Shown here piece by piece: positions 10,025-20,582 of a stretch of 63,886 nt of DNA (position 1 is the first letter of the stretch; every line of letters begins with the position of its first letter). Both the position numbers and the translations under genes were made by a program. The notes beneath the pieces were generated by a model. That model worked only from the letters and a program-made list of their open reading frames with translations, was not told the origin of the DNA and searched no databases. The DNA lies in IMG/VR virus record IMGVR_UViG_3300050120_000442, positions 1 through 63,886 of that record; one strand, 5' to 3'. Origin of the DNA: a virus (taxonomy: Duplodnaviria > Caudoviricetes).

Positions 10025-10405
10025 GTGAGCGCCTTCCGTGACATCAAGCGGACGGCACGTCGGGACCTGCACCGGTTGGCGCAGGTCCCGGCTTACTACC
10101 TGCTGTCCGCCGACGCGGAGCCGACGCTCTGCCATGTGAGGCTGCACCTGACCTTCGGCACGGTTGGCGACATCAAAGGCGCCCGGATGTACCCGGCCGA
10201 GATGGTCAACGACTCCCCCAAGATCGTTTTCAACCTTGTCGAGTTTCCCCGGCCGTCCAAGGGCGGGATTATTTCGATCGAGGCTGGCGAGGCCTACCAG
10301 ATCGACCACATGAGCCCCGTGGACGATGAGTTCCAGACCGCCGACGTCAAGCGCCTCACGGCCGCTCTGTGCGTCGGCCTGCCGGTTCCGGACCCCAATT
10401 CATGA
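10025..10405 (+). CDS. Head-tail joining protein (FII position)
   Basis: Synteny; basic N-terminus F...KR.ARR.LH. Confidence 0.6.
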   Translation: MSAFRDIKRTARRDLHRLAQVPAYYLLSADAEPTLCHVRLHLTFGTVGDIKGARMYPAEMVNDSPKIVFNLVEFPRPSKGGIISIEAGEAYQIDHMSPVDDEFQTADVKRLTAALCVGLPVPDPNS

Positions 10406-10995
10406 GCGATGCCGGGAACTATGGCATCGCCGTCGAAGGCCTGGCCGACCTCACCGACATCACCAACCTGGATGAGCGTATTCTACGCAACGCCGCGCGG
10501 GCGATCAACACGACGGCCGACCGCGGGCGCACCGCCTCGGCCAGGGCGATCCTCACCCAAATTCACTTCCCAGCGTCCTACCTCAACCCGTCAGAGGGAC
10601 GCCTCGTCGTCACCCAGCGCGCGGCCGGACAGAGCTTGAGCGCGACCATCAAGGGCCGTGATGCGCCGACATCCCTGGCCCGGTTCGTCGTGGGCTCGAA
10701 GAAGCCCCTGGCGCCGGGCGGCGTGACCGTCGAAGTGAAGCCCGGTCATGCCCGCTTCCTAAAGCGCGCCTTCATCTTCCCGCTGAAGAACGACAACCTC
10801 GGCCTAGCCATGCGAACCGCCGATGGGTCGCCGCCAGCCAAGGCCTACAAGCCCAAGAAGATCGGGGCAGGGCTCTACCTGCTGTTCGGCCCGTCCGTCG
10901 ATCAGGCCTTCAAGGCAGTTCGCGAAGACGTCACGCCGGCCCTGCTCGACTTCCTGGATGACGAGTTCAACCGCCTCATGGATGCCGGCATATGA
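10402..10995 (+). CDS. Tail completion / minor tail protein (gpZ-like)
   Basis: A.RAIN, TSLARF, L.GPSVDQ.F motifs; synteny. Confidence 0.7.
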   Translation: MSDAGNYGIAVEGLADLTDITNLDERILRNAARAINTTADRGRTASARAILTQIHFPASYLNPSEGRLVVTQRAAGQSLSATIKGRDAPTSLARFVVGSKKPLAPGGVTVEVKPGHARFLKRAFIFPLKNDNLGLAMRTADGSPPAKAYKPKKIGAGLYLLFGPSVDQAFKAVREDVTPALLDFLDDEFNRLMDAGI

Positions 10996-11564
10996 CAGCT
11001 CCCGTACCCACGCGCCTGAAGACGCTGATCGCGCTCACCGATCTGCTGAAGACGATCACGCCGGACAACGGATACCAAACCGATCTGTCGGACTTCGTGG
11101 ACGCCAACAGCAAGACCCAGAGCCGCGTGTTCCGCGGCCGTGCGCTGTTCGGCGAGGACGATCCGCTGCCGATGCTGGCCATCCTGGAGAACCCGCACGC
11201 GGACTTGGCGGGCGTCGTGTCGCCGCGGGGCGGCGCGGTGACGGAGTCGTCGTGGGAGCTGCTGATCCAAGCGTTCGTCGAAGACGATCTGGATAACCCT
11301 ACCGACCCTGCGCACATCATCATGGCAGACGTGAAGCAGTGCCTGGCCACCGAACGGATGAAGATCCAGCGCCAGGGCCGAGACCCTCTGCGGAACACGT
11401 CCGGCATCCGCAACAACGATTTGCTGGGGATGGGCGGTGTCGTGACCGACATTAAACTCGCCCCAGGGGTGGTTCGTCCGCCCGATCAGACTTCAGCCAA
11501 GGCAATGTTCTGGCTGCAAGTGGCCCTGGTGATGGCTGAGGATATCTCAAAGCCGTTTGCCTAA
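10992..11564 (+). CDS. Tail terminator-like protein
   Basis: VFRGR..FGE.D.LP and D..NPTDPA; directly before the tail tube gene. Confidence 0.65.
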   Translation: MTAPVPTRLKTLIALTDLLKTITPDNGYQTDLSDFVDANSKTQSRVFRGRALFGEDDPLPMLAILENPHADLAGVVSPRGGAVTESSWELLIQAFVEDDLDNPTDPAHIIMADVKQCLATERMKIQRQGRDPLRNTSGIRNNDLLGMGGVVTDIKLAPGVVRPPDQTSAKAMFWLQVALVMAEDISKPFA

Positions 11565-11609
11565 GGGTCAAAATCAACCTATGGTAGACAACGCAACAAG
11601 GAGTTGATA

Positions 11610-12416
11610 ATGGCGATCGTTCCCCCCTCTGAGAATAACTACACCCTTGGCCGGGGCGTGCTGTTTTTCGCGCCCTTCCTGCCTGGCACTCAAACCCCCA
11701 GCGGCGAGCGTGACTTCGGCGACGTCAACTCGATCGACATCACCTTCAAGACGACCGACCTGGATCACTATTCGTCTCGCGCGGGCGTGAAGGAACTTGA
11801 TCAGTCGATCACCTTGCAGGTCGATCGCACCGGGTCCTTCACCACGGAGAACATCAACTCGGATAACCTGGCCCTGTTCTTCCTGGGTTCGGCTTCCAAG
11901 ATCACCCAGTCGGCGGACACCGTCACCGCCGAAGTCACCGCCGACGTCGAGCCTGGCTTGTACTACCAACTCGGCGCCACCGCCGAAAATCCGGTCGGCA
12001 ATCGCGGCCTCGATCCGGCCACGCCGATCGTCGTTACCGGCAGCATCTCCAGCCCGCCGACCTATGTCGTCGAAGAGGACTACACGATCGACTATGATCT
12101 GGGTCGCCTCTACATCGTGCCGGGCGGCGCGATCACGGGCGGCCTCAGCATCAAATCGACCTACGATCTGCTGGCCGGTTCGCGTGACGCCGTGATTTCG
12201 AGCAACGTTCCGATCGAAGGCCAACTGCGGTTCATCGCCTTCAACCCGACCGGGACAGACGACGATGCGCTGATGCCCTGGGTTCGGATCACCCCGAACA
12301 GCAACCTGTCGCTGATCGGCGACAAGTTCACCGCCTTGCAGTTCGACCTGAAGGTCTTGAAGAAGACCTCCCAGAACCAAGAGGCCCTCTACATTGACGG
12401 CCGCGTGGCTGCGTAA
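11610..12416 (+). CDS. Major tail tube protein
   Basis: NYTLGRG.LFF, LDHYSS..G, NLALFFLG motifs; AAGGAG SD. Confidence 0.85.
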   Translation: MAIVPPSENNYTLGRGVLFFAPFLPGTQTPSGERDFGDVNSIDITFKTTDLDHYSSRAGVKELDQSITLQVDRTGSFTTENINSDNLALFFLGSASKITQSADTVTAEVTADVEPGLYYQLGATAENPVGNRGLDPATPIVVTGSISSPPTYVVEEDYTIDYDLGRLYIVPGGAITGGLSIKSTYDLLAGSRDAVISSNVPIEGQLRFIAFNPTGTDDDALMPWVRITPNSNLSLIGDKFTALQFDLKVLKKTSQNQEALYIDGRVAA

Positions 12417-12431
12417 GGTAGGATCAGAACC

Positions 12432-12866
12432 GTGGGCCTGAAACATCTTACGTTGAACGTCGAAACCATTGTGACCCCGGCCGGTGATTTTACCGTCCGG
12501 GGTCTGAACTTCGACGACATCTCCACGCTTGTCCGGTTGAACTTCGAGGCGCTGTCGGCCGTGTTCGCCAACGCCAAGATGGACGCCAAGGGCGAGATCA
12601 AGGATCTGAAACTGAATAACACGGCCGCTCTGGCTGGTTCCCTTGCGACCTCCGCGCCTCAAGTCGTCGCGCAGATCATCGCTCTGGGCGCCGACGAGGA
12701 CGACCTGAGTGAGGTCGCGAAGATCCCGTTCCCCAACCAGCTCGAAGCCTTGGAGGCGATCGGTAAGCTGACCTTCGCCACCGAAGGTTCTCCAAAAAAA
12801 GTGCTGGAGACCGTCATTCGGATCGTAAACGGCGCGACGTCAACCCTCGGCAGCCTGAAAACCTAA
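12432..12866 (+). CDS. Tail assembly chaperone (gpG)
   Basis: Between tube and tape measure; A7 run at 12794-12800. Confidence 0.8.
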   Translation: MGLKHLTLNVETIVTPAGDFTVRGLNFDDISTLVRLNFEALSAVFANAKMDAKGEIKDLKLNNTAALAGSLATSAPQVVAQIIALGADEDDLSEVAKIPFPNQLEALEAIGKLTFATEGSPKKVLETVIRIVNGATSTLGSLKT

Positions 12867-13102
12867 GCGAGTGGGTATGGAGCCTGCGCAAGCAGGTCAG
12901 CCTGCTTCTCGGTAACGGCCACCACGACGCGCAGTTCTATCCGGTCGGCCTGGTGTGGGACGAAGCGAGACTGGTTGCAGAGCGGCTCAACGGCCTCGAA
13001 GCAACCAGAGCTTCCCTGCTCAAGTTGGCGGTTTCCGGGGTCCTCTCAGAGGAAGCCGGCAAAGAGTTCGCTAAGACTATCAAGAGTTTAACTGAGGAAT
13101 AG
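12432..13102 (+). CDS. Tail chaperone gpGT, -1 programmed frameshift product
   Basis: CCA AAA AAA G slippery site; the -1 frame stays open to TAG 13100-13102 (..LRKQVSLLLGNGHHDAQFYPVGLVWDEA..) just before the TMP start. Confidence 0.8.
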
Positions 13103-13107
13103 ATTGC

Positions 13108-16100
13108 ATGGCTGGTTCTGACCGCGACATCAATCTAGTCATCAGAGCCAAGAACGACGCGACTAAAGCCATCGACAGCGTCTCCGAGGCGCTCAAGCAA
13201 CTGGCCGGCATCCAGAACGATGTCGGCCAGTCTGCTGACAAGGCCGATGGCCTGCTCGGCGAACTGACCCAATCCCTGACCAACCTGATCCGCCAAGCCC
13301 AAGGCCTCGCAGCCCTGGGCACCGTGGCCGGTCAGCTCGATCGCGCAGCCGCCGCCGTCGATCGCCTGGAGAACTCCGCGCGGGCCGCAGGCGACGCCGC
13401 GACCCCCCTAGTCGAGAAATACGAAGCCGCGGCTGCCGCCACCGCCCAGCTCTCCGAGCGCGCGGAGCAGGCCAAGACCGCGATCGAAGCCCAGACCGCC
13501 GCGACGGCGGAAGCCAAGACCGCCAACTCCGCACTGGCCGAGGAACTCAAGAAGGCGGAAGCCTCCTATCGCGGGATCTACGAACAGGTCGCCAAGGCTA
13601 AGGCGCCCAGCGATGCGTTGAAGACGTCCCTGAACGAACAGGGGAACGCTCTCCAAACCCTTGTAGAGCGGCAGGAGCAGGCCCAGGCCGCCTACAACGC
13701 GCAGCGCGAAGCCCTGACCGCCGCGAAGTCCGACTACAAGCTGCTGGATACGCAGGTCACGGCCGCCGCCGGCGCCCAGACCAAGCTGGAGACGGAGTCG
13801 ACCAAGGCGACCGCCGCGGTCGGACGCGCCGAAGCCACCCTGGCCAAGGCCCGCGAAGAACTCGGTCTGATCGCGCAGCTCGGCGGCCAGGCCAGCGCGG
13901 CTCTCGGCAACGTCGCCCTGAGCCAGGAAGCCCTGTCGAAGGCGTCCCTCGATACGGCGGCCAACCTAGCGGCGGTGAAGGCGGCTGCCGATCGTCAGAG
14001 CGCGGCGGGTGTTGCTACGGGCGGTGCGCCTACGACCGGAGCCTCGGCTGCCGCGACGGCCGCCTACCGCGCTCAGGTTCAGGCTGTCCGTGAAGCGCAA
14101 GCCGCGTGGACCGCGGCCAAGGCTTCCGCGACCGCCCTAGGCGCCGAGATGGCGCGCACCGGGGAACCGACGCTCCAACTCAAGACCGACTTCCTGGTGA
14201 CCCGTGAGGCGGCCGAGTCCGCCCGCCAGGCCTACCTGGATCAGGCCGAGGCGCTGAACCAGGTACGCGGCGTCACGCAGGGGAGCATCTCGTCGTTCCT
14301 GCAACTGGCGCAGGCGATGGAATCCGAGCAGCACGCAGCGGCCGTCGCCGGCACGGCGCTACGGGATATCCCGCCGATCGCGCCCCGGATCGAGGAAGAC
14401 ACCTTCAGCCTTCGCGCCTTCCTGGCCGCGCTGTTCCAAGTCCCGCAAGCCGCCGGCGCCGCCGAGGCGGGCGTCACAAAGTTTGGCAGCGCCGGGCACG
14501 AGTCCTTCAGCATCACCCAGCGTATGCGCTCGGAGATCGTTGGCCTGGCCACGGCCTACGTCGGCTTCTACGGCGTCATCAGCCAGATCATCGGCGTCGT
14601 CGCCACGCTACGGTCGGTCGAATCCGCGCAGGCCCGTCTCGGCGTCGTGTTCGAGGGCGACCAAGCCGCGGCCGGACAGGAAATCGGCTTCGTCTACGCC
14701 CAGGCCCAGCGCCTCGGCATCGAGTTCTCCGTGCTGGCGGGCGAATACACCAAGGTCGCCATCGCGGCCAAGGAAGCCAACTTCTCGACCGACGCCACCC
14801 GCAAGATCTTCCTGGCGTTCGCCGAGGCCTCGCGTGTCGCTGGCCTGTCCACGTCCGACATCGAGAGCGCCTTCCTCGGCCTGCGCCAGTCCATCGAGCG
14901 CGGCACGATCAACGCCCGCAACTTCAACCTGGAGATCGGCTCGCGCGTCCCCGGCGCGATGCAGGCCATGGCGGCGGCCCTGGGTGTCACCGTCCCGAAG
15001 CTGACCCAGCTTGAGAAGGCCGGCGGCATGGTGGCGGCCTCCCAGGAAACCCTGGTGCGGTTCGCCGACAACCTGGCCGCCCGGTATGCCGGTGCGTTGC
15101 CTGACGCCCTGAAGCAGACCAACGCCGAGATCGGCCGCTTCCAGACCAACCTGCAAGGCGCGCAGCTTCAGGTCGCGAACGGCGGGTTCGCCGACGCGCT
15201 GAAGGACGCACTGGTGTCCCTGGACAAGGAGTTCCAGAGCGACAACGGCGCCAAGTTCTTCGGTGAGGTTGGCCATGGCCTGGGCCTCATCGTCGGCGTC
15301 ATCCCCGTGGTCGTGCAGAACTTCGGCCTGCTGGTGTCCGCCGGCCGGGCGTTCGTCGCCCTGAAGATCGCAGAATACGTGATCGGCCTGGTCGGCGGGC
15401 AGGGCAAGTTCTCCGTCGCCATGAAGGCCGCCGCGCTCGACGTAGACCGTATGACTGCGGCACTGGCGGCGATGAGCCTGGAGAAGACGGCGTCCGAGTT
15501 CGGTACGCTGCGCCTTCAGGTCGCCGTGGCCGCCGCCAGCCTGAGCACGATGAAGGTGGAGGCGATCGCTGCCGCTGCCGGCACCGCAGTTCTGGACGGC
15601 GCCCTCGTCGCCATGCGCGGCGTCATGATCAGCCTGACGGCCGTGGCCAAAACCCTGTGGGTGGCTGTCGGTGGATTCCCCGGCCTGATCCTCACGGCCG
15701 CAACCTTCATCCTGTCCGGCCTGCTGGGTGACTGGATCGGTGGCGTCGGCCAGGCGAACGAAGCACTCACGACACACGAAGAGATCGTCCGCAAAATTCG
15801 CGCGGCCTACGACGACGTGGGCACCAGCGTAGACAAGATCAAGGACAAGCTGAAAGAGGTCTCCAGCATCCAAGCAGAGATCAACGCCCAGGCTATCGGG
15901 CAACAACTCCTGGATCTACGCAGCAAAACGAAGGGTCCGTCGCTGGGTCCGTCTGATGGTGAGGCCGTCAACTTCTCCAAGAGTGAGGCGGCAGTAGACA
16001 AGGCTGTAGTCGCATTCAAAGCCGGCGCGATCTCGGCCACCAACTTCAAGACGCAGATCAACGCCATCGCCGAAGCCGACCCGCAGCTCGACCGCAAACT

Positions 16101-18525
16101 GGTCAAGCAGTTGCTGGACTCGGCAGACAGCGCCCACAAGCTTGAGACGGGCCTGATCGAAGCCAACGCCGTCGTGGATATGCTGAAGGGCACGGCCACG
16201 GATGCCGAGAAGGCTCTGCTCGGCCTGGGCAAGGCCGCGGCCACCGCGTTCGCGACGTCCCCGCTTGAGGCCTACACCAAGGCCCTGAAGGAGATGCAGG
16301 CCGAGATCCCTGAACTCGCCAAGGCGATGAAGGCCCAGGATGCGGTCAAGAAGCTCGACGACGAGCTGCGCGCCGGCCAGCTCGACCTTCAGGGCGACCT
16401 GAATAGCAAGGACCCCGCCACAAAGGCCAAGGCGCAGGCCCAGAGCGACACGCTCGCTAATGCCCACGCGGCAGCCGTGTCTCAGGCGCTCGGCGCCGCG
16501 AACGCGGACAACGCCCTGACCGGTGGCCGTAGTGGCGATCTGCTGTCGAGCGCCGCCAAGTTCCGCGGCGACACGGCCAACGGCAGCTCCGACGTCCTGG
16601 AGACGCTGTTCAAGAAGGCCAATATCAACCTCGATCCGACGCAGACCGCGTGGTGCGCGGCGTTCGTCAGCGCGATCCTGGCCTCCAACAGCCTGCCGGT
16701 TCCGACGAAGAACCCCACGGCTGCCCGGTCCTTCCTGAACTACGGCTCCGAGGTCACCCCGGAGAAAGCCGAGAAGGGCGACATCGTCATCCTCAAGGGC
16801 GCCGCAGGTGCGTCTAGCGGCCATGTCGGCTTCTTCGACGGCTACTCGGCAGACGGCAGCCACGTCAATGTCCTGGGTGGCAACCAAGGGCAGGCGGGCG
16901 GCGGCGCGGTAAAGGACTCGTCCTTCCCGACCAGTTCGCTGCTGGGTATCCGTCGCGCGCCGACCGCGCCCGAGCAAGCCAAGCAGGCCGACGAAGATCA
17001 GGACCGGATCGACAAATTCAAGCAGTCGATCACCGACCTGGTCAATGGCCTCCTGGCCGACGCCAGCGCGATTGAGGTTTCCGCCAAGCAGGCCTTCATC
17101 AACTCCAAGCTGGAGCAGGCCCAGAAGGATGCGGAGACCGCCAGCCGCCCTGGCAAGCCTGTCACCCTGTCGGATGCCGACAAGGCCAACGTCGCGTCCG
17201 CTGCTGGCACCGAGTTCGATGCCAAGGCCAACGCCGACGCGGGCAAGCAGGTCGCGGCGCTCCAGCTTCAGATCAACGCCAAGCTGAAGGGTGACGTCGA
17301 GGATCTGACCCGCGACGAGTACGCGTTGAACGAGGCGAAGAAGGCCGGCGTGGATATCGCCACGCAAAACGGCCAGAAATACATCGAACTCGCCGGTCAA
17401 CTATTCGACATGACTGCCCGGCAGAAGGCGTTCAACAGCGTCATCGGTCTGAGCCAGCAAGCAAAATCGCTGCAGGGCCAGGTCGGACAAGCCTTCAAGC
17501 AGGGTGATGGTCAGGGCGCCGCCGAACTGCAGACCCAGCTCAACGCGGTCCTCGCCGACCTGAAGGCCGCGCTGCCGGCCGCCAAAGCGTTCGCTGACGC
17601 CATGGGCGATCAGAAGCTGACGGCACAACTCGACAAGGTCAACGCCCAGCTCCTGACGATGAAGGTCAATCTGACCGATGCGAAGGAGATCAACGGTCTG
17701 CTCGCCAATGGCCTCGGCGGTGCCTTCGACAAGGTGGCCGAGTCGCTGGGCAAGTTCGCCAGCGGCTTCGGACAACTGAAGAATGTCGTCGCGGACGCGC
17801 GCACGGCACTTCTTCAATTTGCCGGTGACTTCCTAAAGCAGATCGCCGAGATGATCATCAAGCAGCAGCTTCTGATGTTGCTGCAGAAGTCGCCGATCGG
17901 TGGCGCCATCTCTGGCGCGGTGAACTCCCTCACGGGCGCCGCTGGGAGCGCGGGCCTGCTTACCGCAGGGACGACGTTGAACACCGCCGGCGCCTTGTTG
18001 ACCTCTGCCTCGGTTGCCTGGGAGGCTACCAGCGCCACGATCCTGGGCGCGGCGAGCGTGCTGAGCGGCGCGTCGGGCTTGCAGATCGTGGCGGCCACTG
18101 ACGAGGAAGCGGCGGCCTCGGCGCAGGAGATGGCCGAGTTGGTCGGGCTGTTCCATGGCGGCGGCGTCGTTGGCTCCGTTGGGGGCATGACCCGCAACGT
18201 ATCGCCGTCGATCTTCAATGGAGCCAATCGGTATCATACCGGCGGTTTCGCCGGCCTGGCGGCAGGAGAGGTCCCCGCCATTCTCCAGAAGAATGAGGAG
18301 ATCCTCACGACGGCCAACCCACGTCATGCCTTCAATCAGGGACAGACGGGCAGCGGGTCGTCGCAGCCGACGCACTCCCCGGTGAAGATCGTCAATGCCT
18401 TCTCCCCCGGCGACGTCCTGGCGGCCAGCCTTGAGACCGAGGTCGGCCAGAAGTCGATCCTGAATCATGTCCGTAGCAATCGAGGCGCATGGCAGTCGGC
18501 CATGGGCAACGGTGGCCGGTCGTGA
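13108..18525 (+). CDS. Tape measure protein with embedded NlpC/P60-CHAP-like peptidase domain
   Basis: 1805 aa, Ala-rich coiled coil; WCAAFV...GDIVIL...GHVGFF...LGGNQ at about 16640-16890; C-terminal FHGGG/YHTGG. Confidence 0.93.
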   Translation: MAGSDRDINLVIRAKNDATKAIDSVSEALKQLAGIQNDVGQSADKADGLLGELTQSLTNLIRQAQGLAALGTVAGQLDRAAAAVDRLENSARAAGDAATPLVEKYEAAAAATAQLSERAEQAKTAIEAQTAATAEAKTANSALAEELKKAEASYRGIYEQVAKAKAPSDALKTSLNEQGNALQTLVERQEQAQAAYNAQREALTAAKSDYKLLDTQVTAAAGAQTKLETESTKATAAVGRAEATLAKAREELGLIAQLGGQASAALGNVALSQEALSKASLDTAANLAAVKAAADRQSAAGVATGGAPTTGASAAATAAYRAQVQAVREAQAAWTAAKASATALGAEMARTGEPTLQLKTDFLVTREAAESARQAYLDQAEALNQVRGVTQGSISSFLQLAQAMESEQHAAAVAGTALRDIPPIAPRIEEDTFSLRAFLAALFQVPQAAGAAEAGVTKFGSAGHESFSITQRMRSEIVGLATAYVGFYGVISQIIGVVATLRSVESAQARLGVVFEGDQAAAGQEIGFVYAQAQRLGIEFSVLAGEYTKVAIAAKEANFSTDATRKIFLAFAEASRVAGLSTSDIESAFLGLRQSIERGTINARNFNLEIGSRVPGAMQAMAAALGVTVPKLTQLEKAGGMVAASQETLVRFADNLAARYAGALPDALKQTNAEIGRFQTNLQGAQLQVANGGFADALKDALVSLDKEFQSDNGAKFFGEVGHGLGLIVGVIPVVVQNFGLLVSAGRAFVALKIAEYVIGLVGGQGKFSVAMKAAALDVDRMTAALAAMSLEKTASEFGTLRLQVAVAAASLSTMKVEAIAAAAGTAVLDGALVAMRGVMISLTAVAKTLWVAVGGFPGLILTAATFILSGLLGDWIGGVGQANEALTTHEEIVRKIRAAYDDVGTSVDKIKDKLKEVSSIQAEINAQAIGQQLLDLRSKTKGPSLGPSDGEAVNFSKSEAAVDKAVVAFKAGAISATNFKTQINAIAEADPQLDRKLVKQLLDSADSAHKLETGLIEANAVVDMLKGTATDAEKALLGLGKAAATAFATSPLEAYTKALKEMQAEIPELAKAMKAQDAVKKLDDELRAGQLDLQGDLNSKDPATKAKAQAQSDTLANAHAAAVSQALGAANADNALTGGRSGDLLSSAAKFRGDTANGSSDVLETLFKKANINLDPTQTAWCAAFVSAILASNSLPVPTKNPTAARSFLNYGSEVTPEKAEKGDIVILKGAAGASSGHVGFFDGYSADGSHVNVLGGNQGQAGGGAVKDSSFPTSSLLGIRRAPTAPEQAKQADEDQDRIDKFKQSITDLVNGLLADASAIEVSAKQAFINSKLEQAQKDAETASRPGKPVTLSDADKANVASAAGTEFDAKANADAGKQVAALQLQINAKLKGDVEDLTRDEYALNEAKKAGVDIATQNGQKYIELAGQLFDMTARQKAFNSVIGLSQQAKSLQGQVGQAFKQGDGQGAAELQTQLNAVLADLKAALPAAKAFADAMGDQKLTAQLDKVNAQLLTMKVNLTDAKEINGLLANGLGGAFDKVAESLGKFASGFGQLKNVVADARTALLQFAGDFLKQIAEMIIKQQLLMLLQKSPIGGAISGAVNSLTGAAGSAGLLTAGTTLNTAGALLTSASVAWEATSATILGAASVLSGASGLQIVAATDEEAAASAQEMAELVGLFHGGGVVGSVGGMTRNVSPSIFNGANRYHTGGFAGLAAGEVPAILQKNEEILTTANPRHAFNQGQTGSGSSQPTHSPVKIVNAFSPGDVLAASLETEVGQKSILNHVRSNRGAWQSAMGNGGRS

Positions 18526-19730
18526 CCCTTCCACTGTTCAACTTCACCGCCGACTGGGGCGCAGCCTCGCTCAAGATCACCCGCGAGTTCAAGACCGATA
18601 TCATCGTCAGCCGCTCAGGCCGCGAGCAGCGGCGCGCGCTGCGCGACACCCCGCGCAAGTCGGTGGAGTTTACGAGCACGCTATCCGGCGCAACCCTGCG
18701 GGCCTTCTACCGGACGATGGAGAAGTCGGGAGGCCAGACGGGCGTGCTGCCTGACTTCAGTCGCTCCCTGGATATCACCGCCCCGGCGTCGGCTGGCGGG
18801 TTTACTGTGGATGTTGGCTCGATCCCTGACTGGATCGCGGACGGCCTGAACGTTGTGTTGATGACGCTCGATGGTGTCACGGCCGAGACCCTGGTCATCA
18901 GTACGACCTCGACCACGTCGCTGACTTTCATGAGCGCCCTGGTAAATGCGTGGAGTGCACCGGCGGTCGTCCGGCCAGGGCTTACGGGTCGCCTCGCCGT
19001 GGACACGTCGGCTAGTCAGATCACGGATGGCGTCAACCAGGTCTCGGTCCACTTCGACGTCTCGCCGGGGAGCGAGCGGGGGATTTCAGATGGCGCCGCG
19101 GCGCTGATCTACGATAGCCGCGAGGTCTTCCTCCTGCAGCCTAATTGGGCGTCGGCGGTAACCCCTAGCTACCATAGTCCGTTCGAGGTTCTCGACTACG
19201 GGTTCGGCGTGGTGGGATACTATAACCCGATCACCTTCAACACGCGCATCAAGCAAGCCGTGTACCTGGCCAGGTCGCCCGTCGAGGCGCTGTTCATGGA
19301 GCAGTTCCACCAGCGTATGCGCGGGCAGCGTGGGGAGTTCTATGCGCCGACCTGGGAGAATGATCTCCCGCTGAAGGTCCCCGCCGTGGCGCTGGCTGCC
19401 AGCATCCGCGTGGATGGCCGCGACACCCACGACGCCTACACCGGCGACACGGTCTACGGCGCTATCGCGATCATCCTGAATGACGGTAGCCTGATCACCC
19501 GCCAAGTCGTGTCGCTGACACTGGTGTCGGACGGGATCGGCACCAACGACACCCTGGTCAACCTCGACGCGGAACTCGGCGTCGATATCACCGCTGCCAA
19601 CGTCAGCGCCATATCCTGGATGCCCGTCTGTCGCTTGGCCTCTGATACCCTGACAACCGAATGGTTGACGGATGGGGTTGCGCAGTTCCAATTAAATCAA
19701 CAAACGGTTGAGAATTTACCCCCGGAGTGA
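18522..19730 (+). CDS. Distal tail / virion structural protein
   Basis: GTG overlapping the TMP stop; TDII.SRSG.EQRRALR..PR motif. Confidence 0.7.
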   Translation: MTLPLFNFTADWGAASLKITREFKTDIIVSRSGREQRRALRDTPRKSVEFTSTLSGATLRAFYRTMEKSGGQTGVLPDFSRSLDITAPASAGGFTVDVGSIPDWIADGLNVVLMTLDGVTAETLVISTTSTTSLTFMSALVNAWSAPAVVRPGLTGRLAVDTSASQITDGVNQVSVHFDVSPGSERGISDGAAALIYDSREVFLLQPNWASAVTPSYHSPFEVLDYGFGVVGYYNPITFNTRIKQAVYLARSPVEALFMEQFHQRMRGQRGEFYAPTWENDLPLKVPAVALAASIRVDGRDTHDAYTGDTVYGAIAIILNDGSLITRQVVSLTLVSDGIGTNDTLVNLDAELGVDITAANVSAISWMPVCRLASDTLTTEWLTDGVAQFQLNQQTVENLPPE

Positions 19731-19742
19731 TAGGGGTATTTC

Positions 19743-20570
19743 ATGACGTTTGACGCTCAGGAATCCAGTCGTGCTCTGGGCGCCCCCATAGGCCTGCTCC
19801 TGTTCACATACGGGGACGGCGACGGCGACTACTACGGATACACGGACGGCGAAGAGACGGTCACATTCAACTCAAAGTTGTTTGTGCCGATCCCGACTGA
19901 CCAGGATGCGGTAGTCGCCTCGGGCACGCTCGACAAGGCCACGATCGATATCCGGCTCCCACAAGACACCGACATCGTCAAGCTGTTCGATATCTACCCG
20001 CCATCCTACGTGGTCCTGCTGTCGATCTATCAGGGTCACGTCGGCAACACCGACTTCGAGTTGGCCTGGGCGGGTCGCGTTCTCAGCTTCAAGACCCAGG
20101 CCAACGAGACGGCGTTCACCTGTGAACCGATCTCCACGACGCTCCTGCGCATGGGTCTGAGCCGGAAGTACCAGTACGGCTGCCCTCATGTGCTTTACGG
20201 GCCGCAGTGTGGCGCCGACAAGGCTGCCGCAACAACGGCGATCACCGTCGAGGCCGTGGACGGCCCGATCGTGACGCTTCCCGGCGGCTGGGATGCCGGC
20301 CAGTCCACCAACTACCTAAACGGATTGGCCACCTGGACGACGCCGGACGGCAGGGTCGAGACGCGGACGATCCTGCAGATCATCGACGCAGAGAACGTCC
20401 AGCTCGGCGGCGCGATCCAAGGCCTCGTTGGCGGGGGCACTATCAACATGACGCTCGGCTGCAACCACCAGATGGGCGGCTGCATCATGCACAACAACAT
20501 CCAAAACTTCGGCGGATGCCCTTGGATTCCCTTCAAGAATCCAATCGGCGTGACCAACAACTTCTTCTAA
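19743..20570 (+). CDS. Tail hub protein, BR0599/DUF2163-like
   Basis: YQYGCPH.LYG..C and GCNH...C...NN..NFGG.P.IP cysteine motifs. Confidence 0.8.
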   Translation: MTFDAQESSRALGAPIGLLLFTYGDGDGDYYGYTDGEETVTFNSKLFVPIPTDQDAVVASGTLDKATIDIRLPQDTDIVKLFDIYPPSYVVLLSIYQGHVGNTDFELAWAGRVLSFKTQANETAFTCEPISTTLLRMGLSRKYQYGCPHVLYGPQCGADKAAATTAITVEAVDGPIVTLPGGWDAGQSTNYLNGLATWTTPDGRVETRTILQIIDAENVQLGGAIQGLVGGGTINMTLGCNHQMGGCIMHNNIQNFGGCPWIPFKNPIGVTNNFF

Positions 20571-20582
20571 GGGAGCCCGGAT

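Noticed and set aside
2217-17400. Long antisense ORFs (for example 2217-3383, 4570-6276, 14608-15906, 15916-17400)
   Set aside because: Shadow frames of GC-rich genes with clear phage functions on the other strand; no motifs or SDs.
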